DNA of 48,476 nt from Candidatus Altiarchaeota archaeon (GTDB lineage: Archaea > Altiarchaeota > Altiarchaeia > IMC4 > SCGC-AAA252-I15). A program made the translations under genes and the position numbers. Below the pieces are notes generated by a model. That model was not told the origin of the DNA. It ran no database searches and was given only the letters and a program-made list of their open reading frames with translations. Position 1 is the stretch's first letter, and the number at the start of each line of letters is the position of its first letter. Shown piece after piece: positions 1 to 7,863 of the stretch. The stretch covers positions 1 through 48,476 of the forward strand of contig JAZDIN010000015.1 in the NCBI GenBank assembly GCA_043804895.1. The letters are read 5' to 3'.

Positions 1-1
1 C

Positions 2-1516
2 TTCAGCCTCTATAGGACGGTGGCGGGTAGGTTGAGTGAGTTATGGGGTTTCAGGACTGCTGAGCAGATGTCGTTGGATGTGAAGGTTTCCGGGATGAAA
101 CACCTGTTCAGCCTAGACCTAAGCTGGCATGAGAGCGAATACGCTGGCAGCAAGGTCCAGAGGGTGATTAACGGCGCCAACGGCATGAGGAACCTTGTGC
201 GACTGTTCTACACCGACCTCCTACCGGCTGCAATCAGCATATTCGGCGCGGCTGCGGTGATGTTTTCCCTCAGCTGGGAGCTCTCCGTCGCCCTACTCGC
301 CTTCGCAGCCACATACTATATCCTCTCCCTCGCCTTGATTAGGAAGGCCTCCAAGCAGGTTAGGGTCGTGCAGAAGAAGAGCGAGGCCGCAAGCGGTGTG
401 AACTACGAGTCTGTGGGGAACATCGCCATCATCAAGGTGATGGACCTGGCTGAGCCAATCATGAGGCGCGTCGAGAGGGTGAACACCGAGTACATGGACG
501 AGAGCATGAAGGTGATAAAGTACTTCCGCCTCAGGCAGGGTGTGACCACAGTCTACGCGGTCGTTTTGAAGTTTCTCATGCTCCTTTACATAAGCTACGG
601 GATATACCACGGCACCCTGGAGATTGGGGTGTTCGTGATGTTCTACATATACTTCGACCTCGTGTTGAACGCCACAGCGGGGATGTCCCGCGTCACAGAC
701 CAGGTCATCGAGGAGAAGGTTGCGGTCGGCAGGCTGAGGGAGCTTCTTGAGCTGAAGCCCACAGTGGAGGTGAGTGGTAGCAAGCCGATGAACACCGACT
801 GGAATGAAATCGAAGTGAGGGGCCTCACGTTCTCGTACGCTGAGAGGGAGACATTGCATGACATCAGTTTCAAAGTAAAACGCGGCGAGAGGATAGGCGT
901 CGTGGGACCGACGGGTGCGGGGAAGTCGACGCTCTTTAAGCTGATGCTGAAGCTTGACGAAAGGTATGAGGGGGACATATTCGTCGACGGTGTCAGGCTC
1001 AGGGACATTGACAGGAAATCCTACATGCAATGCATCGCAGTCGTTCCACAGGATACTGAGGTGTTCAACGCCACACTAAGAGAGAACATTGAGATAGTAG
1101 GTGGATGCGGCAAGGACCTGAAGAAGGCCATTGACATGGCTAATCTCGGCGACCTCGTCGGACGGCTCCCCCAGGGCGTCGACACCGTAGTCGGCGAGAA
1201 GGGCGTGAAACTATCCGGCGGAGAGAAGCAGAGGCTCTCCATAGCCAGAGCCTTCTACAAGTGTCCGCAGATGATCTTCCTCGACGAGCCGACATCCCAG
1301 CTTGACGCCAACTCCGAGCTGAGGATACAAGATTCCCTCCGTAGGGTCTTCAGTGAGGTGACTGCGATTGTCATCGCCCACCGCCTCTCCACCATACAGG
1401 AGATGGACAGGATACTCGTAGTGGACGGCGGAAGAATCGTGGAGGAAGGAACATTCAACGAACTCATAAACAAAAAAGGCCTATTCCACGAACTCTGGGA
1501 GAAACAGAGGCTGTGA
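2..1516 (+). CDS. ABC exporter, fused permease/ATPase (MsbA/MdlB-like), 5' partial
   Basis: Frame is open from the window edge. TM helices, Walker A GPTGAGKS, signature LSGGEKQR, Walker B/D-loop IFLDEPTSQLD, H-loop IAHRLST. Confidence 0.95.
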   Translation, partial: FSLYRTVAGRLSELWGFRTAEQMSLDVKVSGMKHLFSLDLSWHESEYAGSKVQRVINGANGMRNLVRLFYTDLLPAAISIFGAAAVMFSLSWELSVALLAFAATYYILSLALIRKASKQVRVVQKKSEAASGVNYESVGNIAIIKVMDLAEPIMRRVERVNTEYMDESMKVIKYFRLRQGVTTVYAVVLKFLMLLYISYGIYHGTLEIGVFVMFYIYFDLVLNATAGMSRVTDQVIEEKVAVGRLRELLELKPTVEVSGSKPMNTDWNEIEVRGLTFSYAERETLHDISFKVKRGERIGVVGPTGAGKSTLFKLMLKLDERYEGDIFVDGVRLRDIDRKSYMQCIAVVPQDTEVFNATLRENIEIVGGCGKDLKKAIDMANLGDLVGRLPQGVDTVVGEKGVKLSGGEKQRLSIARAFYKCPQMIFLDEPTSQLDANSELRIQDSLRRVFSEVTAIVIAHRLSTIQEMDRILVVDGGRIVEEGTFNELINKKGLFHELWEKQRL

Positions 1517-1542
1517 ATAAGGCTGGCGTATTTTAGTCCTCG

Positions 1543-3312
1543 TTGTTGATAGATATTGTGCAAAATCGAGATGACGATGAACATGATTACGGTTTTGGAA
1601 GGCTCATCAGAGACATACTGAAATACTCGGCCCCCTACAAGCCCATGTTCGCTGCCGCCGTTTTGCTCAGGGTTGCCTCCAACGTAATCTCACTCTATCC
1701 CGCGTGGGCTCTCGGTAAGATAACGACATTTTTCGTGTCATACTCCCCGGGCCAGCCTCTTGACTTCTTTCTCACGCTCCTCGGCCTCTGGCTTGTCCTG
1801 GAGCTGTGCAAGTCCGTTTGCGTCCAAGTGGGGCAGTATTATGAGACTAGCTTGTGCCAGAGGATTGAGACAGACGTTAAGTCGACTTCCCTAAAGCACT
1901 TCATAACTCTGGATTTGAGCTGGCATGAGAAGGAATACGGCGGCAGCAGGACGTCTAGGTTGTATACTGGCACCAGTGCCTTTACACGCATAATACAGGT
2001 GTTTTTCACGCAATTCATAGGAGCTGCAGTCAACATCCTTGGAGTTAGTTTGATATTATTCTCATTAAGCTGGGAGCTTAGCATAGCGTTTCTGTTCTTC
2101 AGCGTAACATACTATCTGCTGTCGTTCAGCTTCACGAGGAGGATAATCGCGCAGTCCCGTGTAGTCCAGAAAAGCAGGGAGCTAATGTCCGGGGTCACGG
2201 GTGAGCCCATAGGGAGCATAAGGACGGTGAAGATGCTTAATCTGGCAAACCCCTTGTTAGCCAGGATAAGGGACTCGACGATGAACTTCTTGGGAGAGTA
2301 CCTGAAGAGGTCCAGGTATTATAAGATACGCAGCGGCTTGACAGGCGCCTACTCTATCACCTTCAGGATAGCGGCCTTGGCGTACATGGGCTATGGGATT
2401 TATCTGGGCAGGTTCGAGGTCGGAATGCTTGTGATGTTTGAGAGCTACTTCGGCAGGATGCTTTCAGCGGCATCTGACATATCAAGCATCACAAACGATG
2501 TTCTTGAGCAGATAGTTGATGTTGGGAGGCTGATGAGCCTCATGGAGCTGAAGCCGACAGTGGAGCTGTCAGGCAAGCTGCCGATGAAAGACGACTGGAA
2601 TGTGATAAACATCCAAAACCTGTCTTTCTGCTACGAGGGGATGCCTGCGCTCAACAACGTGAATCTAACCATCAAACGCGGTCAGAAGATAGGCATAGTG
2701 GGTCCGAACGGCGCTGGCAAGTCGACTCTTATAAGGCTGATGCTCAAGCTTGACGAGACATACGACGGAACCATACTCATAGACGACACCCCGCTCAGAG
2801 AGATTAGGAGGGACGCCTACATAAGCAAGGTCTCAGTCGTACCCCAGAATACCGAACTGTTTAAGATGTCGCTGAAAGAGAACATTGAAATCGTTGGGGG
2901 AGGGGGGAATGACCTGCGGAAAGTTATCGAAATCGCCGACCTTTCAGGCCTAGTGTCAAAACTGCCGCAAGGAGTCGACACAACCATAGGCGAGAGAGGT
3001 ATGAAGCTCTCAGGGGGTGAACGCCAAAAGATAAGCATAGCTCGCGCATTATACAAGAACCCGCAGATACTGTTTTTAGACGAACTCACATCCCAGTTGG
3101 ATGCCAACTCTGAGTTCAGGCTACAGGAGTCTCTCAGGCAGACCCTAAAGGACATTACCGTGATAGTCGTAGCACACCGCCTATCGACAGTTACTGAAAT
3201 GGAGAGGATACTTGTCATGGACAAGGGGACGATTGTCGAAGACGGCACCTTCAACGAGCTGATACAACGGAGAGGCCTGTTCCACGAGCTGTGGGAGAAG
3301 CAGAGATTATGA
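1543..3312 (+). CDS. ABC exporter, fused permease/ATPase; tandem paralog of the upstream gene
   Basis: GPNGAGKS, LSGGERQK, LFLDELTSQLD, VAHRLST. Same C-terminus (GLFHELWEKQRL) as the upstream gene. Confidence 0.95.
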   Translation: MLIDIVQNRDDDEHDYGFGRLIRDILKYSAPYKPMFAAAVLLRVASNVISLYPAWALGKITTFFVSYSPGQPLDFFLTLLGLWLVLELCKSVCVQVGQYYETSLCQRIETDVKSTSLKHFITLDLSWHEKEYGGSRTSRLYTGTSAFTRIIQVFFTQFIGAAVNILGVSLILFSLSWELSIAFLFFSVTYYLLSFSFTRRIIAQSRVVQKSRELMSGVTGEPIGSIRTVKMLNLANPLLARIRDSTMNFLGEYLKRSRYYKIRSGLTGAYSITFRIAALAYMGYGIYLGRFEVGMLVMFESYFGRMLSAASDISSITNDVLEQIVDVGRLMSLMELKPTVELSGKLPMKDDWNVINIQNLSFCYEGMPALNNVNLTIKRGQKIGIVGPNGAGKSTLIRLMLKLDETYDGTILIDDTPLREIRRDAYISKVSVVPQNTELFKMSLKENIEIVGGGGNDLRKVIEIADLSGLVSKLPQGVDTTIGERGMKLSGGERQKISIARALYKNPQILFLDELTSQLDANSEFRLQESLRQTLKDITVIVVAHRLSTVTEMERILVMDKGTIVEDGTFNELIQRRGLFHELWEKQRL

Positions 3313-4908
3313 GGATTTCCTGTAGGTGACTGTGATTTTCTCCTCCTGACTTGGGTTCTCAGTGTGGAGGGTCAGGTAGGCGGAGTATGTGCCTCCCCGT
3401 ATTGTGTCGTCGCGGTCGAAGACAACCATGAAAGTCTTTGAGTGGTTTGGAGCTAGTAGGAAGGACGTTGGGTGTATCCCGGATATAAAGTAGGCTGAAG
3501 TTTCGATTGAAGTCACTTTCATTGATATGGAGTGGTTGTTTAGGACAGTTATGAAGCTGGCCTGGTTAGCCATTTTCACGGCACGGGTTAGGTCGAGTCT
3601 TGGGAACACGTGTCTGGTTTCTTTGTCGTATATCTGTTTGCCGGATTTGAGTAGTATGTATGTTATCTGGTCAGATGTGAGGGACGGATTGGCTTGTCCG
3701 AGGACTGCCGCTGCTGCGGCGACAAACGGCGCGGCAACGGATGTGCCGCGGACTTTTATGAAATTGCCGCCAGCTTGTGTGGTGATTACTTCCGAGCCTG
3801 GAGCCAGTATGTCAAGCTCTTGGCCTCGGTTGGTGAAGCATGTCATCTTATCAGCTGCCGTGTCGTTGTCTGTGCAGTTCCCGGCTAGGGAGTGCACGAC
3901 CCCCCAGTTTGAGGTGTATACGGCGCCGACCGACGTCACATTAGGTTCGCAGGAGGGGTAGCTTATCCCCCCAAGGTAACCCTGGTTGCCTGATGAGGCG
4001 ACGATGAATTCCCCGTAGCCGACTGCATCATTCACGGTCTCTGTTATTTCCTTAGGACATGTTTCCGTTGTGTAGTGGCGGTAATCTCCAAGGCTCATGC
4101 TGATGATTTTGGCATCATATTCCACATAGCACATTTCGATTGCATAGGCGATGTCATCGAGGGCAGGGCTTATCGTCTCGTTGAAAACCTTTATCGCTAC
4201 TATCCCCGCACCGGTTGCCATGCCTAGATGTTGAGAATCTGTTGAGGTAACGATTCCCGCCACTTCGGTACCGTGACCGGCTGTGTCGTCAGGGTCTGAG
4301 TCATTCAATAGAAGGTCGTATCCTCCAACGATTCTGCATCCGTCGCCTATTTTTCTGCAGCCTCCGAGGCTAGGATGGGAGTAGTCGACGCCACTGTCGA
4401 TTAGGCATATTCGCTGAGACTGCCCGGTGATGTTTAGGTTTCTGGCATAGTCGGCGCCGATTAGCGACCCTGCAACGTCTATCAGGGGGGAGAGCCGCCG
4501 GTTAGGGTATACGGCCTTTACAGCGCTTACATTCGCCAGCCTTGATATTCCGCTCATGTTAGTCGAGCCTGAGAACCACCGCCCAGTTATGGACTTCCTC
4601 CTCAGGGTAAATTCGCCTGGTTGGAATTCGGAGAGGATCCCGCCCTGTAAGGCCAAACCTTTCCTTATTTTTTCGTCAAGTATTGCTTTTCTGTCATCTG
4701 GGCTCTGGTAGTCGCTGTAGGGTAGGTCCACCGCAGGTTCAAGGTAGACTATCACATCTACCCTACTTAGATTTTGGAGAAGTTGAAGCAGTATTGGCGT
4801 ATCATCTAATTTCCAGGCGCTTGAGAAGGGAGGAACAAGGAGGGCTGAGAAAAGAATGAATACGAATACTCGCTTTACACGCTTCGTTGAAGCCATAATA
4901 TATAACAA
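3307..4908 (-). CDS. Secreted subtilisin-family (S8) serine protease with propeptide and C-terminal Ig-like region
   Basis: Signal-like N-terminus. Catalytic triad motifs IDSGVD, HGTEVAG, GTSVAAP; oxyanion region ASSGN. Real start may be the ATG at ~4896. Confidence 0.92.
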   Translation of the reverse strand: MLYIMASTKRVKRVFVFILFSALLVPPFSSAWKLDDTPILLQLLQNLSRVDVIVYLEPAVDLPYSDYQSPDDRKAILDEKIRKGLALQGGILSEFQPGEFTLRRKSITGRWFSGSTNMSGISRLANVSAVKAVYPNRRLSPLIDVAGSLIGADYARNLNITGQSQRICLIDSGVDYSHPSLGGCRKIGDGCRIVGGYDLLLNDSDPDDTAGHGTEVAGIVTSTDSQHLGMATGAGIVAIKVFNETISPALDDIAYAIEMCYVEYDAKIISMSLGDYRHYTTETCPKEITETVNDAVGYGEFIVASSGNQGYLGGISYPSCEPNVTSVGAVYTSNWGVVHSLAGNCTDNDTAADKMTCFTNRGQELDILAPGSEVITTQAGGNFIKVRGTSVAAPFVAAAAAVLGQANPSLTSDQITYILLKSGKQIYDKETRHVFPRLDLTRAVKMANQASFITVLNNHSISMKVTSIETSAYFISGIHPTSFLLAPNHSKTFMVVFDRDDTIRGGTYSAYLTLHTENPSQEEKITVTYRKSS

Positions 4909-4968
4909 ACTTAGACTCCCAGGTTTAATATCACATCCGCTATTTAACCCTAAACTTAATTTCTAAGC

Positions 4969-5778
4969 GTGAAGCTGATAATCCATTCAGTTGGCGACGT
5001 TGCTGGGTCGAACATCGCGAGGATCATTGTTGAGAGGCACGGGTTCACAGAGTCGGGGGAGAAGTACGGAGGCCGTCCGGTGTATGGGAGGGGGGACGTC
5101 CTCCTGATGAGCACTGACGATTCAGTCCTCTACCTGAAGGATCTTCCCTACAATCCGGAGGTCTGTGTGGTCGCCTCCCGTCACAGGTCCGAGTCAGGGA
5201 ACGCGACTTTAACCTGCCATCCCACAGGCAACTTCGGGGAGGCTCAGATGGGCGGGTCGGAGGGAGTCTTACAGTTGACTGACGCGCTTTACCTGAGACA
5301 GTGCCTCCTGTTACTCCAGAGGAAGAAGGCTGAAATGAACCTCCCCTATGAGGTGAGCTTGGAGGTGACGCATCACGGGCCAAGCGGTCTCCCATTCCCC
5401 CTCCTCTTCGTTGAAGTTGGAGGGTCAGTAGAGCATTGGAGTGACATGGATGCGTGCGGTGCGGTCGCTGATGCAATATCATTCCTCATGTTAGAGGAAG
5501 TCGAGGACAAACAGTCTGCCATAGGGTTCGGTGGCCCCCATTATGCGCCGAACTTCAGCAGCCTCTCAGGCGAGTACGCGCTCGGCCATATCATGCCAAA
5601 GTACTCTGCGGAACATCTGACGCGTGAGATGGTCGGGGAGATGGTTGAGAAGACGCAGCCCAGGCCCGAGGTTGCGGTCGTGGACTGGAAGGGCCTGAAG
5701 GGCGGGGAGAAGGCGAAGCTCGGGGGGATAGCTGATGAGCTCAGCCTCAAGATTGTGAGGACCAGTGAACTGAAATGA
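4969..5778 (+). CDS. dtdA: Archaeal D-aminoacyl-tRNA deacylase (DTD2/GEK1 family)
   Basis: Motifs SRHRSESG, LTCHPTGN, EVTHHGPS, FVEVG, GFGGPHYAP, GHIMPKY. Confidence 0.93.
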   Translation: MKLIIHSVGDVAGSNIARIIVERHGFTESGEKYGGRPVYGRGDVLLMSTDDSVLYLKDLPYNPEVCVVASRHRSESGNATLTCHPTGNFGEAQMGGSEGVLQLTDALYLRQCLLLLQRKKAEMNLPYEVSLEVTHHGPSGLPFPLLFVEVGGSVEHWSDMDACGAVADAISFLMLEEVEDKQSAIGFGGPHYAPNFSSLSGEYALGHIMPKYSAEHLTREMVGEMVEKTQPRPEVAVVDWKGLKGGEKAKLGGIADELSLKIVRTSELK

Positions 5779-6347
5779 AAAAATTGTTGTGGGGTCTGCT
5801 CTTGGGGTTGGCGTTGGGGGTCATAGTCGGCGTCTCAGTCTACCGTGCCGGAGTGGATTACGCCTGCCCCTCGAAGGCCTGCGTCCAATCCGCCGACGTC
5901 ACTCCCGTGTTCGACAGAGGCTACTTTGACAGCGCCCACAAGATAATCTCAGAGTCTAAGGAGAGCGTTCACATCATCGCGTTCGAGATAAAGTACTACA
6001 AGAACTATCCGAACAGCACGCAGAACAGGCTCGTGAGGGACCTCATCTACGCGAAGGAGCGGGGCGTGGACGTGAAGGTACTGTCAGACGAGTACTCCAG
6101 GGAGAACAACGCATACGAGATACTCAAGGCCAACGGGGTGGAGGTGAGGATGGACAGCAATAAGACGACGACCCATGCGAAGCTGATTATCGTCGATGGG
6201 AGGATAATCCTCATAGGAAGCACGAACTTAAGCTACACCGCACTCGAAGACAACAACGAGGCGAACGTGTTGATTGCTGACGAGCAGACTGCAAGGGTGT
6301 TCGAAAGCTACTTTAGGAGCCTGTGGAAGGACGGCTCACCTTTGTGA
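5775..6347 (+). CDS. Membrane-anchored phospholipase D-superfamily protein with a single HKD motif (Nuc-like nuclease)
   Basis: N-terminal hydrophobic anchor. THAKLIIVDG...GSTNLS...NNE is the HxKxxxxD + GSxN + E pattern of Nuc/PLDc_2 proteins. Confidence 0.88.
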   Translation: MKKLLWGLLLGLALGVIVGVSVYRAGVDYACPSKACVQSADVTPVFDRGYFDSAHKIISESKESVHIIAFEIKYYKNYPNSTQNRLVRDLIYAKERGVDVKVLSDEYSRENNAYEILKANGVEVRMDSNKTTTHAKLIIVDGRIILIGSTNLSYTALEDNNEANVLIADEQTARVFESYFRSLWKDGSPL

Positions 6348-6449
6348 TGAGGAGCGAAAGCCTTGCATCAGCTGCCAGAGACGCCACAGCTCCCTGTGGT
6401 TCCCCCCTAGTAGGGGGGCGCGTTTGAGCTTGATGGTCTTCACTTCCAT
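6336..6449 (-). CDS. Possible 37-aa basic small protein (MEVKTIKLKRAPLLGGNHRELWRLWQLMQGFRSSSQR)
   Basis: Hand-translated ATG-to-TGA ORF with an AT-rich TATA-like stretch ~25-30 nt upstream. No recognisable motif. Confidence 0.3.
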   Translation of the reverse strand: MEVKTIKLKRAPLLGGNHRELWRLWQLMQGFRSSSQR

Positions 6450-6528
6450 GGTTAGGGGTAGGCGTTATGAAGCTAAATATTGTTCATTTTATGCGCGTTT
6501 ATATACACAGAGTCCCCGATAAGTAATC

Positions 6529-6617
6529 GGGTGGTTGGGTAAGGAACCTGGGGTTAGCTTACTCTTACATTCACGGTACTGAACGATGCGATGGCAGCGA
6601 ACTACTACCAACCACCC
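6529..6617. ncRNA. Candidate ~90-nt structured RNA closed by a 10-bp terminal stem
   Basis: GGGTGGTTGG (6529-6538) pairs with CCAACCACCC (6608-6617). TTTATATA at 6498-6505 lies ~24 nt upstream on the + strand. No long ORF. Confidence 0.3.
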
Positions 6618-6648
6618 AAAACAAAAAGGCTTTACTGAGAGTTATAGA

Positions 6649-6694
6649 CGATAGCAAATGTATTTGAGCTTTTGACAATGTACATTTGCTATCG
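6649..6694. repeat. Perfect 14-bp inverted repeat with 18-nt spacer (operator/oriT-like candidate)
   Basis: CGATAGCAAATGTA (6649-6662) and TACATTTGCTATCG (6681-6694). Confidence 0.8.
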
Positions 6695-6765
6695 AATGAT
6701 ATATAAGTTCGGCTGATTTCCAACAAGCCACGTTCAACAACTTATGTCATTCGCTATATATTCTA

Positions 6766-7107
6766 TTATGAACAAGGAGCAAGACAGTTGTATGGTCCGA
6801 GGTCGAACGTCACGGTGCCCCCTAGGGATATACTAGCGTTTTTGGTGTATAGACACATGAGTTGACAGTAGCTTGCTACAACCAGCAGTCCTATGATGAC
6901 GTATATCATCCCCTTCTTCGCCTCAGCCCGGTCGTTGGGGCTTTCCGCCACAATCCATTTGATGCCGAGTATCACCATCATCAGCCACCCGAGCGCGTAG
7001 GCGACTGGCAGGAGGGCCATTATGTTGCTTGCAGTGTCAGCTGATGTTGTAGCAGTTATTGTCTGGAGGAGTGTGAACGCCAGGAGCATCCTATAGAGTG
7101 GCCTCAT
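6766..7107 (-). CDS. VirB2/TrbC-like conjugative-type pilin (copy 3) with Cys-rich C-terminal tail
   Basis: Signal peptide plus two hydrophobic helices joined by GIKWIVAESPNDRAEAKKGMIYVIIGL; motif shared with the other two small ORFs of the locus. Confidence 0.8.
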   Translation of the reverse strand: MRPLYRMLLAFTLLQTITATTSADTASNIMALLPVAYALGWLMMVILGIKWIVAESPNDRAEAKKGMIYVIIGLLVVASYCQLMCLYTKNASISLGGTVTFDLGPYNCLAPCS

Positions 7108-7141
7108 CTTCTAGGAGTATATTGTCTTATTGGATTAAAAG

Positions 7142-7426
7142 TCAGAAGCAAAGCAGGTATAAGACGAGGTCCCAGCCGACCTTCAAAAGGAGTAAGCCTA
7201 TTATCATGTAGATTATGCCACGCCGGGCGTTGTCCCTCTCCTCAGGGCCTTCTGAGGTCATCCATTTGAGGCCCATGTAGATTAGCATGAACAGGCCGAG
7301 GGGGTATCCGAAGGTCCGTATCATGTCCATTACGCCCACCATGGCTGGGGTGATGGCAGCGTCGTAGCAGGCTGATGCGATGCTGGGGAGGAGTAGGAGG
7401 AGTGTGAGCGCCCTTTTTGCGGTCAT
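7142..7426 (-). CDS. VirB2/TrbC-like conjugative-type pilin (copy 2)
   Basis: Signal peptide ending ..SIASA; helix-loop-helix GLKWMTSEGPEERDNARRGIIYMIIGL. Confidence 0.8.
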   Translation of the reverse strand: MTAKRALTLLLLLPSIASACYDAAITPAMVGVMDMIRTFGYPLGLFMLIYMGLKWMTSEGPEERDNARRGIIYMIIGLLLLKVGWDLVLYLLCF

Positions 7427-7430
7427 CTTG

Positions 7431-7586
7431 TCAGTCAGCTCTGGTTTCGAAGTACGGGCAGTTGCTGCAGTACCATTTCGACTGGAGGCTGTCGTTGACT
7501 ACAGGTGTGTTCGCGACTTGATTGTTTCCGCAACGGTCTCCACTTCGGTGAGAGCATCTCGTGTTGTCGCGGGTTATAGGCACCAT
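7431..7586 (-). CDS. 51-aa Cys4 zinc-finger-like small protein (absent from the ORF track)
   Basis: Hand translation MVPITRDNTRCSHRSGDRCGNNQVANTPVVNDSLQSKWYCSNCPYFETRAD. Stop lies 4 nt before the pilin ATG; TTTTATA box ~25 nt upstream of the ATG. Confidence 0.65.
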   Translation of the reverse strand: MVPITRDNTRCSHRSGDRCGNNQVANTPVVNDSLQSKWYCSNCPYFETRAD

Positions 7587-7608
7587 CGATTATGTATTTG
7601 AATCCCGG

Positions 7609-7615
7609 TATAAAA
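7609..7615 (-). promoter_or_regulatory. TATA box of an internal, probably leaderless promoter for the Zn-finger/pilin/pilin unit
   Basis: TTTTATA on the minus strand at the canonical archaeal spacing from the ATG at 7586. Confidence 0.5.
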
Positions 7616-7641
7616 GACTATTAGAGGCGTGAGATGTGGCG

Positions 7642-7858
7642 TAGCCTACGGGGCTAGTATCAGAGGGGATAATGCGTTCTGTGATGCCGTAGGCACCACA
7701 TGGGGGAGGGTCAGGAGGATGTGGCCGAGACAGTGTTCTCGGACACACGCCAGAGAGGCAAAGCCTCTCTGTCGCGTCTTGGAACTGGGGGGAACCGTAG
7801 GTTCAACGAAGAGCAGTGCTCTTCGTGAACACGGAGACAACTGTCTCCGTTGTTCCCC
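7642..7858. repeat. Dense cluster of short GC-rich palindromes (REP-like)
   Basis: Hairpins at 7642-7656, 7681-7699, 7725-7742, 7751-7771, 7792-7804, 7806-7826 and 7831-7850. CCTACGG/CCGTAGG sits at the apex of three of them. Confidence 0.8.
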
Positions 7859-7863
7859 GCGGT

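Noticed and set aside
6336-6449. Selenocysteine or RiPP precursor peptide
   Set aside because: Careful translation gives no Cys and no internal TGA; it is at most a small basic ORF containing the palindrome CCCCCCTAGTAGGGGGG.
6766-7426. Type IV pilins or archaellins
   Set aside because: No class III signal peptide at the N-terminus; the two-helix hairpin and the virB4 context indicate VirB2-type pilins.
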